DNA of 64,000 nucleotides from an uncultured Alphaproteobacteria bacterium. Lineage in GTDB: Bacteria; Pseudomonadota; Alphaproteobacteria; Rs-D84. Below the pieces are notes generated by a model. It made no database searches. It saw only the letters and a list, made by a program, of their open reading frames with translations, and had not been told where the DNA came from. The stretch lies in contig CALXMQ010000001.1 in the NCBI GenBank assembly GCA_944389515.1, positions 135,079-199,078 on the forward strand, read 5' to 3'. Position 1 is the stretch's first letter. Every line of letters starts with the position of its first letter. The translations under genes and the position numbers were made by a program. Of this stretch, positions 61,231 to 64,000 are shown piece by piece.

Positions 61231-64000
61231 ATGACAAAAGTTCTGCGTTATTTGGTGTGTTTGTTTATGTTGATTTTTGCCGGCAATGCGTTGGCTGCCG
61301 GCTATTCTTGTCCCAGTTACAAGAAATATACCAGTTGTGCATCCGGGTATTATATGGCGACATCTTCATCAAGTACGACGTATAATGGCACCCCAAAGGC
61401 TGGGAACGCATGTCGTCCATGTTCGGATTATGGTGATTATTATACGTGTGCCGGTGGAACATCTAGGCCGGTTAAACAGACTGTTACGATTACATACAAT
61501 TTGAACGGTGGGTCTGGAACAACACCGTCCAGAAAAACTTGTAACAAGGGGGCTTTGTGTTCATTGCAATCTGGTGCGACAACGACGTTTTATCGTGCCG
61601 GATATGTATTCAAGGGATGGTCAACATCCAGTACTGCGACGTCTGGTTCGACATCTATGAGATTTACCGCCAATGATACGGTATATGCAGTATGGTCGGC
61701 GTGTTCGGCCGGTACGTACAAGCCCGGCAGAGGCACCCAGGCATCCGCATCGTGCAGGGCATGCACAGGACGTACAAAGTACAGTGCGGCCGGGGCATCG
61801 TCGTGTAAAACGGTCAGCAGTGGATATTATACAACCGGGTGTAACAGCAGTGGTAATAACTGTACCGGTCAATCACAATGCACGGGTGCGACATATTGCA
61901 GTGGTGGTGTGAAGAATAATTGTCCGGCGCAGACGTCCGGGTGGACACGTAATGGTGGTACCAGATGGACATCGTATACCCAATGTAATCAAACGCGCGC
62001 AGCAACATCGGCCAGTACGTATTGCAGCGCCGGTACGTTAAAACAAAACGCGACCAGTGCGACCGCGTGGGGTGCAACGACGGTATCGTCAGCATTATCT
62101 GCCAAGGCTGGTGCATATGTAAATGGCACGACATGCAGTCAATGTACAGCGAATGATTATTGCCCAGGTGGCACGGCGGCGCGGAAAGATTGTCCATCGG
62201 GGTATCCGAACAGTGCGGCCGGATCCGATGCAATAACCGATTGTTACAGTAATACTAAATCACGTCCGTGGACCGGCAGCCAGGTCAACGGCAGTGTGCC
62301 CACAAATTGTTACAGCGTTAAATCGTGGAATGCGTGTTCAAGGCCGGCGTGTAACTATGTTGCGTATGCCAATACTGCTGGCACAGGCGATGGTACGATA
62401 AAATCTGGGTGTACAACTAACAATGCCAGTTGTGAGAAGACACCAGCAGAGGTGACGGCAAAATCTGGATATTATGATGCAGGTACAACGTGTCCGGCGT
62501 GCCCAAATGGGTATCCGAATTCCGCAAATGGTAACGAAGGTGGCAATACGAAATGTTATATCAGTGTGTCTGGTGGGCATTATATCGGTACCCAGTACAG
62601 TACAACACAATCCGAGTGTGTGGGTGGTACGTATAAAGCCGCGCATACCGTGTATTATGGCAGCACATCCAGTTGCAGTGTGTGTAAAACAAATCAATAT
62701 TCTAATGATGGTGCGGCCAGTTGCACGGATTGCAAGACGTCGGCTGGATATGGGAATTCTGGTACCACCGCGGCCAGTCACGATGGTGTTGCGTCGTGCA
62801 AGGTGACGTGTGATGCCGGTGAATATGTACCGACGGCTGGGGGGGGATGCGTCGCCGTGGGCAGTGGATATTACAAAACAGGTACAATGACTGTTGCACA
62901 AAATGCAACCAATACAACACGCAGTGCGTGCAGTGCACTGTCGGGTGTGTCTGTGTCGGGTGGAACATATTCATCTGTGTCGCCATATAATGCATCAACG
63001 ACATGTCGGTACAAGGCACCAAATAAAACAATTACTGGGTGCGATACTGTAACATCCGCGACCGTGTCGTACAGTGGTTCGGCATGGCCAACAACAACAT
63101 ATACTGTGTCGGCAGATCCCGGATATTATATCAGTGGCAGTGGCACCGCCAGTGCAACGTGCGTCGGGTGCCAGGCCGGATATGCGTGTGCCGGTGGAAC
63201 GGCGGCGCGTGACGCATGCGACGGCCAGACGCAATATCAAGATGCGGTGAAACAATCATCGTGCAAGACAGTTTCCAGTGGGTGGTACAAGGTGGATAAT
63301 ACTGAACAGGCACAATGTACTGGCGCGACATATTGCAGTGGTGGTGTGAAGAATAGTTGTCCGGGCAGTTATACGGCCGATACCACGGCTGGGAAAACAT
63401 CTGCGCAACAATGTAAAATCAGCGTGGCCAAGGGGCATCATATTGCGACGGCGAACAGTTCAACCCCGGCAGATTGTGATCCCGGTGATTATCGCGCGGC
63501 ACATACTGTGAACTATGGTTCAACGTCATCTTGTTCGGCATGCCCCAGTGGATATACATCTGCGGCAGGTACAGCCGGTGCAAACACAGAATGCTATATC
63601 AGTGTATCTGGTGGGCATTATATCGAGGATGTCGGTGATAACAGCACGAACTGGGGTACATGTGCGGCAGGTACGTACAAGGCGGCGCATACTGTGTATT
63701 ATGGTTCAAAATCATCTTGTTCGGCATGCAGTGGGCGCACAAAGTATAGTGCGGCCGGGGCGTCATCGTGTAAAACGGTTGACAGTGGATATTATTCAAC
63801 CGGGTGTAACAGCAGTGGTAATAACTGTACCGGTCAATCACAATGCACGGGTGCAACGTATTGTGCCAGTGGCGTTCAGAACAGCTGTCCGGCGCAGACG
63901 TCCGGATGGACGCGTAATGGTGGTACCGGGTGGACAACGTATACCCAGTGTAACCAAACACGTGCGGCAACATCGGTCAGCACATATTGCAGTGCCGGTA
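61231..64000 (+). CDS. Giant exported Cys-rich repeat protein, 5' part (>923 codons, open to the window end)
   Basis: Absent from the ORF track because there is no stop in the window. I translated the frame by eye from ATG 61231 to 64000 without finding a stop. Signal peptide 'MTKVLRYLVCLFMLIFAGNALA'. B-repeat 'VTITYNLNGGSG...GYVFKGWSTS...NDTVYAVW'. Then recurring 'C..G.Y....C..C' modules. Confidence 0.85.
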   Translation, partial: MTKVLRYLVCLFMLIFAGNALAAGYSCPSYKKYTSCASGYYMATSSSSTTYNGTPKAGNACRPCSDYGDYYTCAGGTSRPVKQTVTITYNLNGGSGTTPSRKTCNKGALCSLQSGATTTFYRAGYVFKGWSTSSTATSGSTSMRFTANDTVYAVWSACSAGTYKPGRGTQASASCRACTGRTKYSAAGASSCKTVSSGYYTTGCNSSGNNCTGQSQCTGATYCSGGVKNNCPAQTSGWTRNGGTRWTSYTQCNQTRAATSASTYCSAGTLKQNATSATAWGATTVSSALSAKAGAYVNGTTCSQCTANDYCPGGTAARKDCPSGYPNSAAGSDAITDCYSNTKSRPWTGSQVNGSVPTNCYSVKSWNACSRPACNYVAYANTAGTGDGTIKSGCTTNNASCEKTPAEVTAKSGYYDAGTTCPACPNGYPNSANGNEGGNTKCYISVSGGHYIGTQYSTTQSECVGGTYKAAHTVYYGSTSSCSVCKTNQYSNDGAASCTDCKTSAGYGNSGTTAASHDGVASCKVTCDAGEYVPTAGGGCVAVGSGYYKTGTMTVAQNATNTTRSACSALSGVSVSGGTYSSVSPYNASTTCRYKAPNKTITGCDTVTSATVSYSGSAWPTTTYTVSADPGYYISGSGTASATCVGCQAGYACAGGTAARDACDGQTQYQDAVKQSSCKTVSSGWYKVDNTEQAQCTGATYCSGGVKNSCPGSYTADTTAGKTSAQQCKISVAKGHHIATANSSTPADCDPGDYRAAHTVNYGSTSSCSACPSGYTSAAGTAGANTECYISVSGGHYIEDVGDNSTNWGTCAAGTYKAAHTVYYGSKSSCSACSGRTKYSAAGASSCKTVDSGYYSTGCNSSGNNCTGQSQCTGATYCASGVQNSCPAQTSGWTRNGGTGWTTYTQCNQTRAATSVSTYCSAG
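61759..62037 (+). repeat. Intragenic ~280-bp repeat, copy 1
   Basis: Aligns with 63724-64000 (offset 1965 bp = 655 codons) with scattered substitutions. Confidence 0.85.
63724..64000 (+). repeat. Intragenic ~280-bp repeat, copy 2 (runs into the window end)
   Basis: '...aagtatagtgcggccggggcgtcatcgtgtaaaacggttgacagtggatattattcaaccgggtgtaacagcagtggtaataactgtaccggtcaatcacaatgcacgggtgc...' matches copy 1. Confidence 0.85.

Noticed and set aside
61265-63973. Numerous 60-190-aa minus-strand and off-frame plus-strand ORFs (e.g. 62338..62901, 61814..62233, 63599..63973)
   Set aside because: All are antisense or out of frame relative to the continuous signal-peptide-bearing frame starting at 61231. 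Their His/Arg/Thr/Cys-rich translations are mirror images of the Cys/Gly/Thr/Ala-rich sense codons.
1-64000. Search by eye for CRISPR arrays, IS elements/transposases, integrases, toxin-antitoxin pairs or known defence-system genes
   Set aside because: I recognised none. The only mobile-element-like trace is the tRNA-Pro 3' duplication, which lacks any integrase. The repeats present are intragenic or lie in the G+T island and do not have a CRISPR-like repeat-spacer layout.

Overview
This 64-kb chromosomal window comes from an AT-rich, gene-dense bacterium that I read as an alphaproteobacterium. The basis is a GcrA cell-cycle regulator, a bactofilin plus M23 peptidase pair, TlyA, YbgC-TolQRA, a type-A RNase P RNA, and tRNAs with encoded CCA. 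I can support about 62 protein-coding genes, 5 tRNAs (Leu-CAG, Ala-CGC, Leu-UAA, Val-CAC, Pro-GGG) and many Rho-independent terminators. One RNase P RNA lies on the minus strand at 60758-61104 and is invisible in the ORF track. The backbone is housekeeping: dus, rodZ, uvrA, rlmE, rnhA, tkt, hisS, prfA, aroK, mscL, tlyA, leuS, rpiB, lpxA/lpxB, rfbA, acpS, adk, rpsA, thyA, tig, rpsI-rplM, argS, an EnvZ/OmpR-type two-component pair, ruvB and ybgC-tolQRA. Accessory segments interleaved with the backbone carry the unusual material. (1) A family of small Sec-exported Cys-rich proteins (15947-16730, 19563-20177, 42316-42801) looks like single modules of a giant Cys-rich repeat protein (61231 to beyond the window end). 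That giant protein has a Listeria/Bacteroides-type B-repeat and ephrin-receptor/TNFR-like Cys repeats. The small genes share a leader RNA motif, and one leader has an attenuator-like design. (2) A five-gene minus-strand cluster (38911-33858) is led by a short A24 prepilin peptidase and otherwise encodes only unrecognisable exported or membrane proteins. (3) A ~1.8-kb non-coding island (14133-15946) has an extreme G+T plus-strand bias and internal repeats. (4) A stand-alone SRP54 M-domain gene is translationally coupled to two paralogous small genes (4364-5473). (5) An att-like 57-bp duplication covers the tRNA-Pro 3' end. (6) Two large orphan proteins occur at 28781-31525 (914 aa, Cys-rich, exported) and 39564-41990 (808 aa, bitopic). 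I saw no transposase, integrase, CRISPR array or recognisable defence genes. All homology calls come from motif recognition by eye and no searches were run.
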